A stretch of 33,210 bases of DNA from Usitatibacter sp. GTDB lineage: Bacteria; Pseudomonadota; Gammaproteobacteria; Burkholderiales; Usitatibacteraceae. The number at the start of each line of letters is the position of its first letter. The first letter of the stretch is position 1. This document shows positions 17,475 through 26,445 of the stretch, piece by piece. The position numbers were made by a program, and so were the translations under genes. The stretch is taken from the NCBI GenBank assembly GCA_046590805.1, contig JBKJTM010000143.1, positions 1-33,210 of the forward strand, written 5' to 3'. The notes beneath the pieces were generated by a model. It ran no database searches and was not told the origin of the DNA. It saw nothing but the letters and a program-made list of their open reading frames with translations.

Positions 17475-17867
17475 TTGGATAAGCAGGAAGCGAAGCTGCA
17501 GGTCACCCAGGCGCTGCAGCGCCTCGGCCTGCTGGTCTCCCGCAAGGACATGACGGTGCTGTCGGAATTCGCCACCGATGCCGACGTCCTGCTGGTGGGC
17601 TCGGAGCGCGGCGAGGTGGTCGAGGGCCAGCCGGGCCTGCGCGACTTCTTCCAGCGCGTGTTCCGCTCCCCCGCCCACATCGGCTGGGAATGGCGCAAGG
17701 TGCGCATCTCCTCCAGCGACAACGTGGCGTGGCTGTTCGCGGAAGGCGAGGTGGTGATCGTGATGGACGCCAAGCCGCAGCGGCGCCCCTATCGCCTCAC
17801 CGGGATCCTCGAGCGGCAGAACCGCCGCTGGCTGTGGAAGCACTTCCATGGCGCCGAGCCCTCGTGA
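17475..17867 (+). CDS. NTF2/SnoaL-like domain protein
   Basis: DVLLVGSERGEVVEG, VAWL, YRLTGILERQNRRWLWKHFHGAEP: typical SnoaL_3 pattern. TTG start uncertain. Confidence 0.8.
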   Translation: MDKQEAKLQVTQALQRLGLLVSRKDMTVLSEFATDADVLLVGSERGEVVEGQPGLRDFFQRVFRSPAHIGWEWRKVRISSSDNVAWLFAEGEVVIVMDAKPQRRPYRLTGILERQNRRWLWKHFHGAEPS

Positions 17868-17886
17868 GCGCACGCGGGGGCACACA

Positions 17887-18204
17887 ATGAAAAAAGACTG
17901 TCCGCACTGCCACCAGTCGCTGGCGCAGAAATTCCTGAAGTGGCACAAGATCGCCAACTCCGACCATTCGCGCTCGTGCCCGATGTGCGGCGGCGACTTC
18001 CAGTTCCGCATGTACCCGGAGGAGATCGCGGTGCGCCTCTTCAGCATCGCGGTCCTCGCGGGCGCTGGCTACCTCGCCAAGGATCGCGGTGGCGGTTATC
18101 TCTTTCTCGTGCTCGGCGCCTCGGCGCTGGTCGCGGCGGCGTACGCCGCGGCCGCATTCCGCTTGCGCGACGCGCAGCGCTTCGCCAAGGCAGAGCTGCG
18201 GTGA
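17887..18204 (+). CDS. Small hypothetical protein: CxxC...CxxC zinc ribbon plus two hydrophobic helices
   Basis: CPHC...CPMC followed by two hydrophobic stretches; stop overlaps the crcB start (GTGA). Confidence 0.72.
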   Translation: MKKDCPHCHQSLAQKFLKWHKIANSDHSRSCPMCGGDFQFRMYPEEIAVRLFSIAVLAGAGYLAKDRGGGYLFLVLGASALVAAAYAAAAFRLRDAQRFAKAELR

Positions 18205-18581
18205 AGGGCATCCTGCTGGTCGCCCTCGGCGGCGCGCTCGGATCGGTGGCGCGCTACAAGCTCTCGGGCCTGGTGCTGCACCACACCCTCGACTGGCGAT
18301 TCCCCGCGGGCACGTTCGTCGTGAACGTGGTGGGCTGCCTCGTCGCCGGCATCCTCGCGGGCCTCGCAGAGAAGCACGACCTGTTGTCTGCGGATGCGCG
18401 CCTGCTGCTGTTCACCGGCGTCCTCGGCGGCTTCACCACGTTCTCGGCCTTCGGGCTCGAGACCATGTTCCTGCTGAAGCGCGGCGAGGTGGCGATCGCG
18501 GCGGCGAACGTGATCGTGAGCGTGGTCGCGGGGATCCTGGCGCTCTGGCTCGGACTCGGACTCGCCGCGCTCAAGTCCTGA
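18201..18581 (+). CDS. crcB: Fluoride efflux channel CrcB/FluC
   Basis: GTG start; GGALGSVARY, FPAGTFVVNVVGC, TGVLGGFTTFSAF; 126 aa. Confidence 0.95.
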   Translation: MKGILLVALGGALGSVARYKLSGLVLHHTLDWRFPAGTFVVNVVGCLVAGILAGLAEKHDLLSADARLLLFTGVLGGFTTFSAFGLETMFLLKRGEVAIAAANVIVSVVAGILALWLGLGLAALKS

Positions 18582-18729
18582 CCGCCGGCGTCAACGGCGG
18601 TCCCGCCCGACGCGTGCACTGCTGGAAAAACATCTCGCCACCATCGCGCGCGTGCGCACCGTGCTGGAAGGCGTGAAGTCCCCCGGTCCCTGGTTCGTGA
18701 TCGAGCCCGGCGCTCGCAGGCGGAGCTCG

Positions 18730-18764
18730 TATGGTTTTTCAACCATATGGCTCCGTGCTAGGAT
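18730..18764 (+). promoter_or_regulatory. Putative operator and extended -10 promoter of the TA pair
   Basis: Palindrome TATGGTT-TTTC-AACCATA (18730-18747); TG-C-TAGGAT (18756-18764) 6 nt before the GTG start. Confidence 0.6.
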
Positions 18765-18770
18765 AGCGTT

Positions 18771-19070
18771 GTGAAAGCCACCCTGCGCCTGCGCACGCGC
18801 GTGGTCCTTCCCGATGGCGCGATCGTCGAAATGGTGGTCTGGGACCTGCCGCGGAAGACGCCTGACCGGCCACATGGGCTGAAATATCGCCTCTACTGCG
18901 GCCGCAACGGAAAATGCGTGGTGCGCTATGACAACGAGGCCGGCAAGGGCGATCACGTGCATCACGGCGAGCACGAAAAGCCGTACCGCTTTCGCGGCTG
19001 GGAGAAGTTGATGGAAGATTTTCTTGCCGACGTCGCTCGGCTGACTGGAGGCGAAGATGGCGAAGCTTGA
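18771..19070 (+). CDS. tumE: DUF6516 / TumE-family toxin
   Basis: 99 aa; VEMVVW...PHGLKYRL...VRYDNEAGKGDHVH...Y.F...L..DF signature; overlaps the downstream HTH gene. Confidence 0.8.
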   Translation: MKATLRLRTRVVLPDGAIVEMVVWDLPRKTPDRPHGLKYRLYCGRNGKCVVRYDNEAGKGDHVHHGEHEKPYRFRGWEKLMEDFLADVARLTGGEDGEA

Positions 19071-19413
19071 AATCGGCGTCGGCAGCTTGAAGAAAGCTGC
19101 GACGGAGTTCGTGAAAACGGCACGCGCGCTGGAAAAAGGCGCATCAGTCCGGTCGCGGGAGCAATTGTTTTTCGCCGACATGCCCACGCTTTTGAAAACG
19201 CTCACCGGCGAGCGCTGGCGCCTGATCGAAACCTTGAAGCGCGCCGGCCCGCTCAGCATCAACGCCGTCGCGCAGCAGCTGGGCAGAAATTACAAGAACG
19301 TCCATGGCGACGTGAAGAAGTTGATGGAAATCGGCTTGGTCGAGCGCCAGGACGACGGCCGCATCTGCATCCCGTACAGTTCCATCGTCGCCGAGTTGAA
19401 AATGGCGGCTTAG
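19057..19413 (+). CDS. wHTH DNA-binding protein (HVO_A0114-like), putative cognate antitoxin (TumA-like)
   Basis: LLKTLTGERWRLIETL...GPLSINAVAQQLGRNYKNVHGDVKKLMEIGLVE HTH; GGAGG SD; 14-bp overlap with the toxin. Confidence 0.8.
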   Translation: MAKLEIGVGSLKKAATEFVKTARALEKGASVRSREQLFFADMPTLLKTLTGERWRLIETLKRAGPLSINAVAQQLGRNYKNVHGDVKKLMEIGLVERQDDGRICIPYSSIVAELKMAA

Positions 19414-19530
19414 CAACTCGACAGCGCTTTCACCTCGACATCCGCAAAAGAGCCCCGGTCCCAATGCGGGTGTGGGCCTTCAGACCTTCCCTGTCCGATC
19501 CAGCGCAGCGGCGCTCGATGGACTCTCGTC

Positions 19531-20595
19531 CTAAGCCGCCGCAGCGGTTTCCAGTAACTGGCGGGCCGGGCCGAGCTGCGCCACGTACCACTCGATCGCG
19601 CGCTCGAGGCCCTCTTGCGCACGGACGGTCGGCTGGAATCCCAGCAGTCCCCGCGCCTTGCCGATGTCGGCCCGCGAGAAGCGCACGTCGCCGGCGCGGA
19701 AGTCGCGATAGACAGGGGGCATGCGCTCGAAGCCGGGGTCGCGCTCCGCGAGGAGGTCGGCGAGCGTCTTGTAGAGCGCATTGAGCGAGGTCGAGTCGCC
19801 CACCGCCACGTTGTAGACCTGGTTCACCGCGCCCGGATCCTCCACCGTGCCGGCGAGCAGGTTCGCCTGGATGACGTTGTCGATGTAGCAGAAGTCGCGC
19901 GCGGTCTCGCCGTCGCCGTTGATGAACACGGTCTCGCCGCGCATCATCGCGGCGATCCACTTGGGAATCACCGCGGCATAGGCACCTTCCGGATCCTGGC
20001 GCGGGCCGAAGACGTTGAAGTAGCGCAGGCCCACGGTCTCCATGCCGTAGCAGCGACCGAAAGTGTCGGCGTAGATCTCGTTCATGTGCTTGCCGGCACC
20101 GTAGGGCGAGAGCGGACGGCCGATGGTCTCCTCCACCTTCGGCAGGCCCGGGTAGTCGCCATAGGCGGCGCTCGACGCGGCGTAGACGAAGCGCTTCACA
20201 CCCGCGTCGCGCGCGGCGACCAGCATGTTGAGGAAGCCGGTCACGTTCACGTCGTGGCTGGTGATCGGATCGTCGATCGAGCGCGGCACGCTGCCAAGCG
20301 CGGCCTGGTGCAGGACCCTTTCCACCCCGGCGCAGGCCTCGCGGCAGGTCTCGAGCGACCGGATGTCGCCCTCGATGAACTTGAAGCGCGACCAGGCCTC
20401 GGCGCCGACGAGATCGCGCACCTGGTCCAGGTTGTGGCGGTGGCCGGTGGCGAAATTGTCCAGGCCCACCACGCGCTGGCCGAGCTTGAGCAGCGCCTCC
20501 AGCAGGTTCGAGCCGATGAAGCCGGCACAACCGGTGACGAGCCACGCGCGCTCTGCCCTGGCGATGGCGGGATACTGGGATGCGATCATTTCCAT
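19531..20595 (-). CDS. wbpP: UDP-GlcNAc(A) 4-epimerase, extended SDR (WbpP/TviC family)
   Basis: [33 protein letters not shown] (YxxxK), [23 protein letters not shown]. Confidence 0.88.
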   Translation of the reverse strand: MEMIASQYPAIARAERAWLVTGCAGFIGSNLLEALLKLGQRVVGLDNFATGHRHNLDQVRDLVGAEAWSRFKFIEGDIRSLETCREACAGVERVLHQAALGSVPRSIDDPITSHDVNVTGFLNMLVAARDAGVKRFVYAASSAAYGDYPGLPKVEETIGRPLSPYGAGKHMNEIYADTFGRCYGMETVGLRYFNVFGPRQDPEGAYAAVIPKWIAAMMRGETVFINGDGETARDFCYIDNVIQANLLAGTVEDPGAVNQVYNVAVGDSTSLNALYKTLADLLAERDPGFERMPPVYRDFRAGDVRFSRADIGKARGLLGFQPTVRAQEGLERAIEWYVAQLGPARQLLETAAAA

Positions 20596-20616
20596 GGTTG
20601 TAGCTCCTGGGTTTCT

Positions 20617-22089
20617 CTAGGCCGGGGCCCTGTTGCGCAACGATGCGAAGAATTGGGTGAGCTGCGCGCGCTGGCCGATGAGGTGCAGGGCGGCGGGATA
20701 GATGACGGCGACGAGGGCGCCCGCGGCGACCAGGCGCGCGAACGTGCTCCACGGGGCCCAGTGTAGGGCAAGGCCCGCGAGCCCCGCGGAAAGCGCCGCG
20801 GCGCCGAGGAGGCACGCGAGCCCGTGCCAGTCCTGCAGCTTCGAGACCGGCGTGCCGGTGAGGCGCGCGATGCGCCCGAGCGACACGATGCGCTCGGCGT
20901 AGATGGCGGCCACGCTGCCGGAAGCGGCGCCGACGAGGCCCCAGTGCGTGGCGCCGTACCAGCTGAGCGGCAGCGCGATCGCGAGGACGACGCCGTTCAC
21001 GCGCGCGGCGAACCCGCCCTGCTTCAGCACGAAGAGCACGCTCACCAGCTCCACCACGAAGGCGATGAGTGCCACCACGTAGAGCCGCAGCACCGGCGCC
21101 CCCTCGAGGTAGGTGCGCGTGTAGATGAGGGTGATGATCTCCTCGGCGAACACGAACGCGAAGGCGAGCAGCGGATAGACGAGCAGCGCCACCATGTCGT
21201 TGGCGCGGCTGTTCAACGCGAGCATCGCCCTGAAGTCGCCCTCGGACTGCAGCCGGCTCATGCTCGGCAGGAACACGTGGTTCACGGACTGCCGGAAGAT
21301 CTGCACGATCGGGGCCAGCACCGTCGCCACCGAGAAGGAGGCGAACTGCGTCACGGTGAAGAGCGCCGCGGCGATCCACTGGTCACCCTGGCTGCGGATG
21401 CCGTGCAGCGTGCCGGAAAGCGCGAACGGGGCTGCTTGCTTCACCTGCGCGGCGAAGGTGTCGCGCCGCGCGACCGGGCCGCCAAGGCCATGGTTGCGCG
21501 CGACGTAGACGAACACCAGCCCCGCCTTGAGCGTGGCGAACGCGAGCAGCATCCACAGCACCGCTCCCAGCTCGCCGGTGAGGATGGCGGTGGCGGAGAG
21601 CGCCACGGCGCGCACCGCCGCGAGCGAGACCACGACCTTGGCCTGCCAGCCCACGCGCTCTTCGGCGGTCGGCAGCACGTCGAGCATCGAGGCGAACACC
21701 CACACGAACGCGAATGCCGGGATCACCGCGCCCTGGGCCTCGAGCATGCCCTCGATCTTGCCGGGCAGGAACGGGTTGCCGGTGGACAGGATCCATGCCG
21801 ACACCAGGCCCGCGCCCACGAGGAAGAGCATCGTCTGGTTGATGTAGAGCCGCTTCGTCGGGACGTCCGCGCGCGGCAGGAAATAGTAGAGCGCCGGCGC
21901 CATGCACATCGGCGTCACCAGCATCAGGGTGCTCACCGCGAGCCACAACAGCCGATATTCGCCGAAGGCGTTCGGGTCGAGCGTGCGCGTGAGCACGATC
22001 GGCAGCGCGAACTGCAGCGCGAAGTCGATCGCGTTTGCGGTGCCGAGCGACAGCGCCCGGCGTTCCAGCGATGCGGTGGTCGCGTTCAT
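20617..22089 (-). CDS. wzx: Oligosaccharide flippase (Wzx/MOP family)
   Basis: 490 aa, many hydrophobic segments, [16 protein letters not shown] motif; polysaccharide-cluster context. Confidence 0.85.
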   Translation of the reverse strand: MNATTASLERRALSLGTANAIDFALQFALPIVLTRTLDPNAFGEYRLLWLAVSTLMLVTPMCMAPALYYFLPRADVPTKRLYINQTMLFLVGAGLVSAWILSTGNPFLPGKIEGMLEAQGAVIPAFAFVWVFASMLDVLPTAEERVGWQAKVVVSLAAVRAVALSATAILTGELGAVLWMLLAFATLKAGLVFVYVARNHGLGGPVARRDTFAAQVKQAAPFALSGTLHGIRSQGDQWIAAALFTVTQFASFSVATVLAPIVQIFRQSVNHVFLPSMSRLQSEGDFRAMLALNSRANDMVALLVYPLLAFAFVFAEEIITLIYTRTYLEGAPVLRLYVVALIAFVVELVSVLFVLKQGGFAARVNGVVLAIALPLSWYGATHWGLVGAASGSVAAIYAERIVSLGRIARLTGTPVSKLQDWHGLACLLGAAALSAGLAGLALHWAPWSTFARLVAAGALVAVIYPAALHLIGQRAQLTQFFASLRNRAPA

Positions 22090-23321
22090 CGGCCTTCGGC
22101 CGCGAGCGCGAGCAGCTCGCGTTCGTAGAGATCGACCACCGCCTCGAGCGAGTGGTGGTCATGGAAGTGGTGACCCACACGCGTCGAGGCCTCTTCCCAC
22201 CACGCGTCGTCGCCCACCAGGCGCCGGAGCGCGCGCTCCGCGGCATCGATGTCGGGCACGACGTCGTAGATCGGCTCGCCGCCGCCGCCCCGGGAGCCGG
22301 TGTCGACGAACGCCACCGTCGGCACGCCCCGCGCCCAGGCCTGCAGGAAGGTGTTCGGGAAGCCCTCGTACTTCGACGTGTTGACCAGCACGCGGGCGCC
22401 ATCGAACACGCGGTCCGCGTCCGCGAACGGCATGAACCCGCGATACTCCACGTTCGGCAGCGCCTTCATCACCTCCTTGAGCGCCGCCACGTACTCCTGG
22501 CCGGCGCGGTCCGGATCGCTGCCGCCCACCAGCACGAAACGCTGATCGGGCATGCGCCTCGCGAGCTCGAGCAGCAGCTCAGGGCGCTTCTGCTCGCGCA
22601 CCGTGGCCACCCAGAGCACATAGCCGTCCCGGGCGGCGCGCGCGCCCTCGGGCGCGCGGTAGCAATTGGGCACGAGCACCGAGTCGCGCTGGAAGTTCTG
22701 CTTCGCCCACGCCATCTGGTTGGCGTTCTGCGCGAACACCCGGTCGACGTTGCGCAGCCCGTACTGGAAGATCAGGCGGTCGCGGGCGTACCGGATGTCG
22801 GGATGCTTCGGCAGGAAATCCACGTCCGAGGCGCCGGAGTAGATCGCGCGCTTGCCGTATCGGCGGCAGAAGGCCGCGAGGAAACCGGTGAGCACGGCGG
22901 CGGAGCGCTGGTAATAGATGTCCGCGTCCACCTTCGCCAGCACCTGCCAGAGCCTGGTGAGCCGCGGGTGGATGAAGCGCACCACCGGCAGGCCCTCGTC
23001 CGGCTGGTAGAGCTTGTGGACCGTGACGCCCTTCACCACCGTCTCGTCGGGCTGGCCGTAATCGAGGGTGATCATCGACACACGAAAGCCGCGCGCCGCG
23101 AGCGCCGGTGCGATGAGGCTTTGCTGGACCTCGGCGCCGCCGACCACGGGGATCTCGCGGTCGCCGGAGAAGAGCGGCCAGGTCGTGGGGGCGACGAAGC
23201 AGACGTGCGGACGGCGGGTCTGTGCGCCCGTGGGGAGCGTCCCGGTGCTTTCATGAGACGGGATGCGCGAAAATCCGGGACTGTCCCCGGCCTTCACGGC
23301 GATAGGGTCGCGAACGCCCAT
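22086..23321 (-). CDS. Glycosyltransferase family 4; start uncertain
   Basis: VVGGAEVQQ, KRPE, TSKYEGFPNTFLQAWARGVP. ATG at 23321 lies just after the previous stop at 23326. Confidence 0.88.
   Translation of the reverse strand: MGVRDPIAVKAGDSPGFSRIPSHESTGTLPTGAQTRRPHVCFVAPTTWPLFSGDREIPVVGGAEVQQSLIAPALAARGFRVSMITLDYGQPDETVVKGVTVHKLYQPDEGLPVVRFIHPRLTRLWQVLAKVDADIYYQRSAAVLTGFLAAFCRRYGKRAIYSGASDVDFLPKHPDIRYARDRLIFQYGLRNVDRVFAQNANQMAWAKQNFQRDSVLVPNCYRAPEGARAARDGYVLWVATVREQKRPELLLELARRMPDQRFVLVGGSDPDRAGQEYVAALKEVMKALPNVEYRGFMPFADADRVFDGARVLVNTSKYEGFPNTFLQAWARGVPTVAFVDTGSRGGGGEPIYDVVPDIDAAERALRRLVGDDAWWEEASTRVGHHFHDHHSLEAVVDLYERELLALAAEGR
23232..23290. repeat. Inverted pair of REP-like units (REPIN-like doublet)
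   Basis: GGGGAGCGTCCCGGTGCTTTC (23232-23252) and GAAAATCCGGGACTGTCCCCGG (23269-23290) are imperfect reverse complements. Confidence 0.6.
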
Positions 23322-23325
23322 CGGC

Positions 23326-24477
23326 TCAAGCCACCGCCAGGCGCGCGGGCCGCACATACTGCGCGTAGACCCGCTCGAGCTCGCGCGCCGCGGTCTCGAT
23401 GGTCGCGTGGTCGCGGACCCACTTGCGCTGCTCGGCGATGATCTGGCCGCGCTCCTCGTGCGCGGCGAGGATGGCGCTGGCGAGCGCCATCGGAGAGCGC
23501 TCGGACACTACCTGGCCGGGTCGCGGCAGGATGTGGCGGATGTCGGAGTACTCGGTGCTCACCACCGGCACGCCGAGGACCATGCCCTCCAGCACCACGT
23601 TGGGGAAGCCCTCGCGGCAGGAAGTCATCAGCTGCACGTCGCACTGCGCGAGGATCGCGGGGGCATCAGCGCGCGCGCCGGCGAACTTCACCTTGTCGGC
23701 GATGCCGAGCTTCTCAAAATGCGCCATCACCGACTGCTTGTAGTCGACGGTGTCGGAGGCGTGGCCCGCCTTGTAGGCGACGCCCGAGAGCGCCTCACCG
23801 AGGAAGAGCACGCGCCATTCGGGCGCCCCTGTCACCAGCGCGTGCGCGGTGTCGAGCGCCAGGTGGTAGTCCTTGGCGGGCTTGATGTGACCGATCATGC
23901 AGGCGATCCTGTGCTCCCCCGGGCCGAAGAACTCCTCGCGATGGTTGGTGGGGCTGACCGCCCGCCGCTCGAGCTCCTCGATGCGCATGCCGTTCCAGAC
24001 CACGTGCATTTTTTCCGGCGCGTAGCCGTAGAGCTTCTGCGCGAAGGCGCTCCCCGAACGGCTGTTGGCCACCACGCCGTCGACCAGGCCCCTGGTGAGC
24101 CAGTGGGCGAGCTTCTGCGGAGTGGAGATCTCGTAGTTGTCGCTGCGCTCGGAATTGAGCACGACGGCGCCGGTACCCGCGGCCGCGATGCGCGCGTAGA
24201 TGTCGCCGTCGAACAGGAACCCGTGCACCACCTCGGCGCGCCAGTCGACGATGCGCCGGCGAAGGCGCATCAGCACCGCGGGATCGAGCTTGCTGCGCTT
24301 CTGGTCCACGATCACCTCCACGCCGCTGTCCGCGAGCTCCGCGGCGCGCGGCGCCTCGTCGTTCAGGGTGTAGATCGCGACCTTGTGGCCGCCGCGCGCG
24401 AGCTCGCGCGCCAGCTCCACGACTTGCTTTTGGGCGCCGTGGAAGCCCAGGTCGCTAATTACAAACAGCACGCGCAT
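23326..24477 (-). CDS. Glycosyltransferase family 4
   Basis: MRVLFVISDLGFHGAQKQ with GGGGAG SD before ATG 24477; VVANS, KDY, SCREGFPNVVLEGMVLGVPVV. Confidence 0.9.
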   Translation of the reverse strand: MRVLFVISDLGFHGAQKQVVELARELARGGHKVAIYTLNDEAPRAAELADSGVEVIVDQKRSKLDPAVLMRLRRRIVDWRAEVVHGFLFDGDIYARIAAAGTGAVVLNSERSDNYEISTPQKLAHWLTRGLVDGVVANSRSGSAFAQKLYGYAPEKMHVVWNGMRIEELERRAVSPTNHREEFFGPGEHRIACMIGHIKPAKDYHLALDTAHALVTGAPEWRVLFLGEALSGVAYKAGHASDTVDYKQSVMAHFEKLGIADKVKFAGARADAPAILAQCDVQLMTSCREGFPNVVLEGMVLGVPVVSTEYSDIRHILPRPGQVVSERSPMALASAILAAHEERGQIIAEQRKWVRDHATIETAARELERVYAQYVRPARLAVA

Positions 24478-26443
24478 GCGGCTCCCCTTCGTCATGTCTT
24501 TCGGCGCCGCCCATCCAGCGCTGGTGCCAGAGCTGGAATGAGATCAGGTACCAGAGCTTCTGCATGTCGAGGCGGTCGTTGCCCGGACCGCCCTCGTCGA
24601 AGTTGCGCACCGCGCGCGTGACCAGCTCGGGATCGAAGAGGCCCTGGTCGCGGATGCGGCGCGGCGACAGGTGCTCGTGGATGAGGGGCGAGAGCTCGCC
24701 CCGCAGCCAGGACGCGAGCGGGATGCCGAAGCCCTGCTTCGGGCGCTCGAGGAGCTCGCGCGGCACGTGCTTGTAGAGCACGCGGCGCAGCAGGTGCTTG
24801 GTGCCGAGCTCGCCCACGCGCAGCGCCAGCGGCACGCGCATCGCGAATTCCACCAGGCGGTGGTCGAGGAAGGGCTCGCGGCCCTCGAGGCCCGCGGCCA
24901 TGGTGGTGCGATCGACCTTCACCAGGATGTCGTCCGGCATGAAGTAGCGCAGGTCGCAGCGCGCCATCTGGTCGGCGAAGCAGTCGATGGTCTGGTCGAT
25001 CTTCTCGCGCCCGGCGTTGTAGCCGCCCAGCAGCGGGGAGATCTCCCAGGGCGACCAGGACGACATCGAAAGGTCGTACATCAGCGTGCGGTCGAGGTCG
25101 GGCAGCATCACGCGCAGCTTGTCGAGGCGCTCGATCACGTTGCGGCGCGCGCCATGGCGCAGTCCCGCCGGCATCGGCAGGGTGTCGGCGAGCGACTGCA
25201 TCCGAGACGGGCCCACCATCTGGATCGTGCGTCCGATCGCCTGGCGCGCGGCGCGCGGCATGCGCGCAAGGGCGCGCTCGCGGTCCGAGACGATGCCGTA
25301 GTGGGAATAGCCGCTGAAGAGCTCGTCGCCGCCGTCCGCGGAGAGCGCCACCTTCACGTGCTCGCGCGCCATCTTCGCCACCAGGTAGGTCGGCACGCCG
25401 GAGGAGTCGCCGAACGGCTCGTCGAAGAGGTCGGCCCACTCGCCGAGGACGTTGCCCATGTCGCGGGCGGTGACGATCTGCTCGGTGTGCCGGGTGCCCA
25501 GGTGCTGCGCCACCCGCCTGGCGTGCTCCGCCTCATTGAAGCGCGGGTCGTCGAAGCCGATGGTGAACGTGCGTACTTCCCCTCCGCCGTAGCGCTGCAA
25601 TATCGCGGCTACGGCGGAGGAATCGATGCCGCCGGACAGGAACACCCCCACAGGCACGTCCGACACCATGCGATAGCGGAAGGAATCGATCAACAGGAAC
25701 TCGAGGTGTCGCTCGAGCTCGGCTTCCGATTCCGTGAATTCAGGGCTGCCCTCGGCCGGGACCGGGGACCAGTAGCGATGGCTCGCGGGCTCGCCCACCT
25801 CGCCCAGCTCGAGCCAGTGGCCGGGCATGAGCTTGTGCACGCCGCAGTAGATCGAGCGCGGCGCCGAGACGTAGCCGTACTGCAGGTACTCGCCGAGCGC
25901 GTCGCGGTCGATCTCGGCACGCCAGGCCTTGAAGGCGCGCAGCGCCTTCAGCTCCGAGCCGAACCAGAAATTGTTGCCGTTCCACGCGTAGTAGAGCGGC
26001 TTCACCCCCATGCGGTCGCGCAGCAGGATCATGCGGCGCTCCTGCTCGTTCCAGATCGCGATCGCGAACATGCCGATGAACTTGTCCACCGCCTTCACGC
26101 CCCACTGCTGGAAGGCGGCGAGGATCACCTCGGAGTCGCCGCTCGAGCGGAAGCGGTGGCCGAGGGACTCGAGCTCGGTGCGCACCGCGGCGAAGTTGTA
26201 CACCTCGCCGTTGAACACCATCGTGAGCGTGCCGTCGGCCGAGCGCATCGGCTGGTGGCCGAGCGGCGAGAGGTCGAGGATCGACAGGCGCGTGTGGCCG
26301 AGCGCCACGCGCCCGCCATTGCGCACCCAGACGCCGTTGTCGTCGGGGCCGCGTTTCCTGAGGCTCGCGACGGACGCGCCCAGGTCGTTCAGCCAGCCCG
26401 CGGGATCGCCGCGCCTCGCCCAGTATCCGGTGATTCCGCACAT
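24455..26443 (-). CDS. asnB: Asparagine synthase (glutamine-hydrolysing)-family amidotransferase
   Basis: Starts MCGITG at 26443 with AAGGGG SD; RGPD, LGHTRLSILD, FNGEVYNF, RDRMGVKPLYY, LSGGIDSS, DGGDELF, LVKVDR. Confidence 0.93.
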   Translation of the reverse strand: MCGITGYWARRGDPAGWLNDLGASVASLRKRGPDDNGVWVRNGGRVALGHTRLSILDLSPLGHQPMRSADGTLTMVFNGEVYNFAAVRTELESLGHRFRSSGDSEVILAAFQQWGVKAVDKFIGMFAIAIWNEQERRMILLRDRMGVKPLYYAWNGNNFWFGSELKALRAFKAWRAEIDRDALGEYLQYGYVSAPRSIYCGVHKLMPGHWLELGEVGEPASHRYWSPVPAEGSPEFTESEAELERHLEFLLIDSFRYRMVSDVPVGVFLSGGIDSSAVAAILQRYGGGEVRTFTIGFDDPRFNEAEHARRVAQHLGTRHTEQIVTARDMGNVLGEWADLFDEPFGDSSGVPTYLVAKMAREHVKVALSADGGDELFSGYSHYGIVSDRERALARMPRAARQAIGRTIQMVGPSRMQSLADTLPMPAGLRHGARRNVIERLDKLRVMLPDLDRTLMYDLSMSSWSPWEISPLLGGYNAGREKIDQTIDCFADQMARCDLRYFMPDDILVKVDRTTMAAGLEGREPFLDHRLVEFAMRVPLALRVGELGTKHLLRRVLYKHVPRELLERPKQGFGIPLASWLRGELSPLIHEHLSPRRIRDQGLFDPELVTRAVRNFDEGGPGNDRLDMQKLWYLISFQLWHQRWMGGAERHDEGEPHARAVCN

Positions 26444-26445
26444 CG

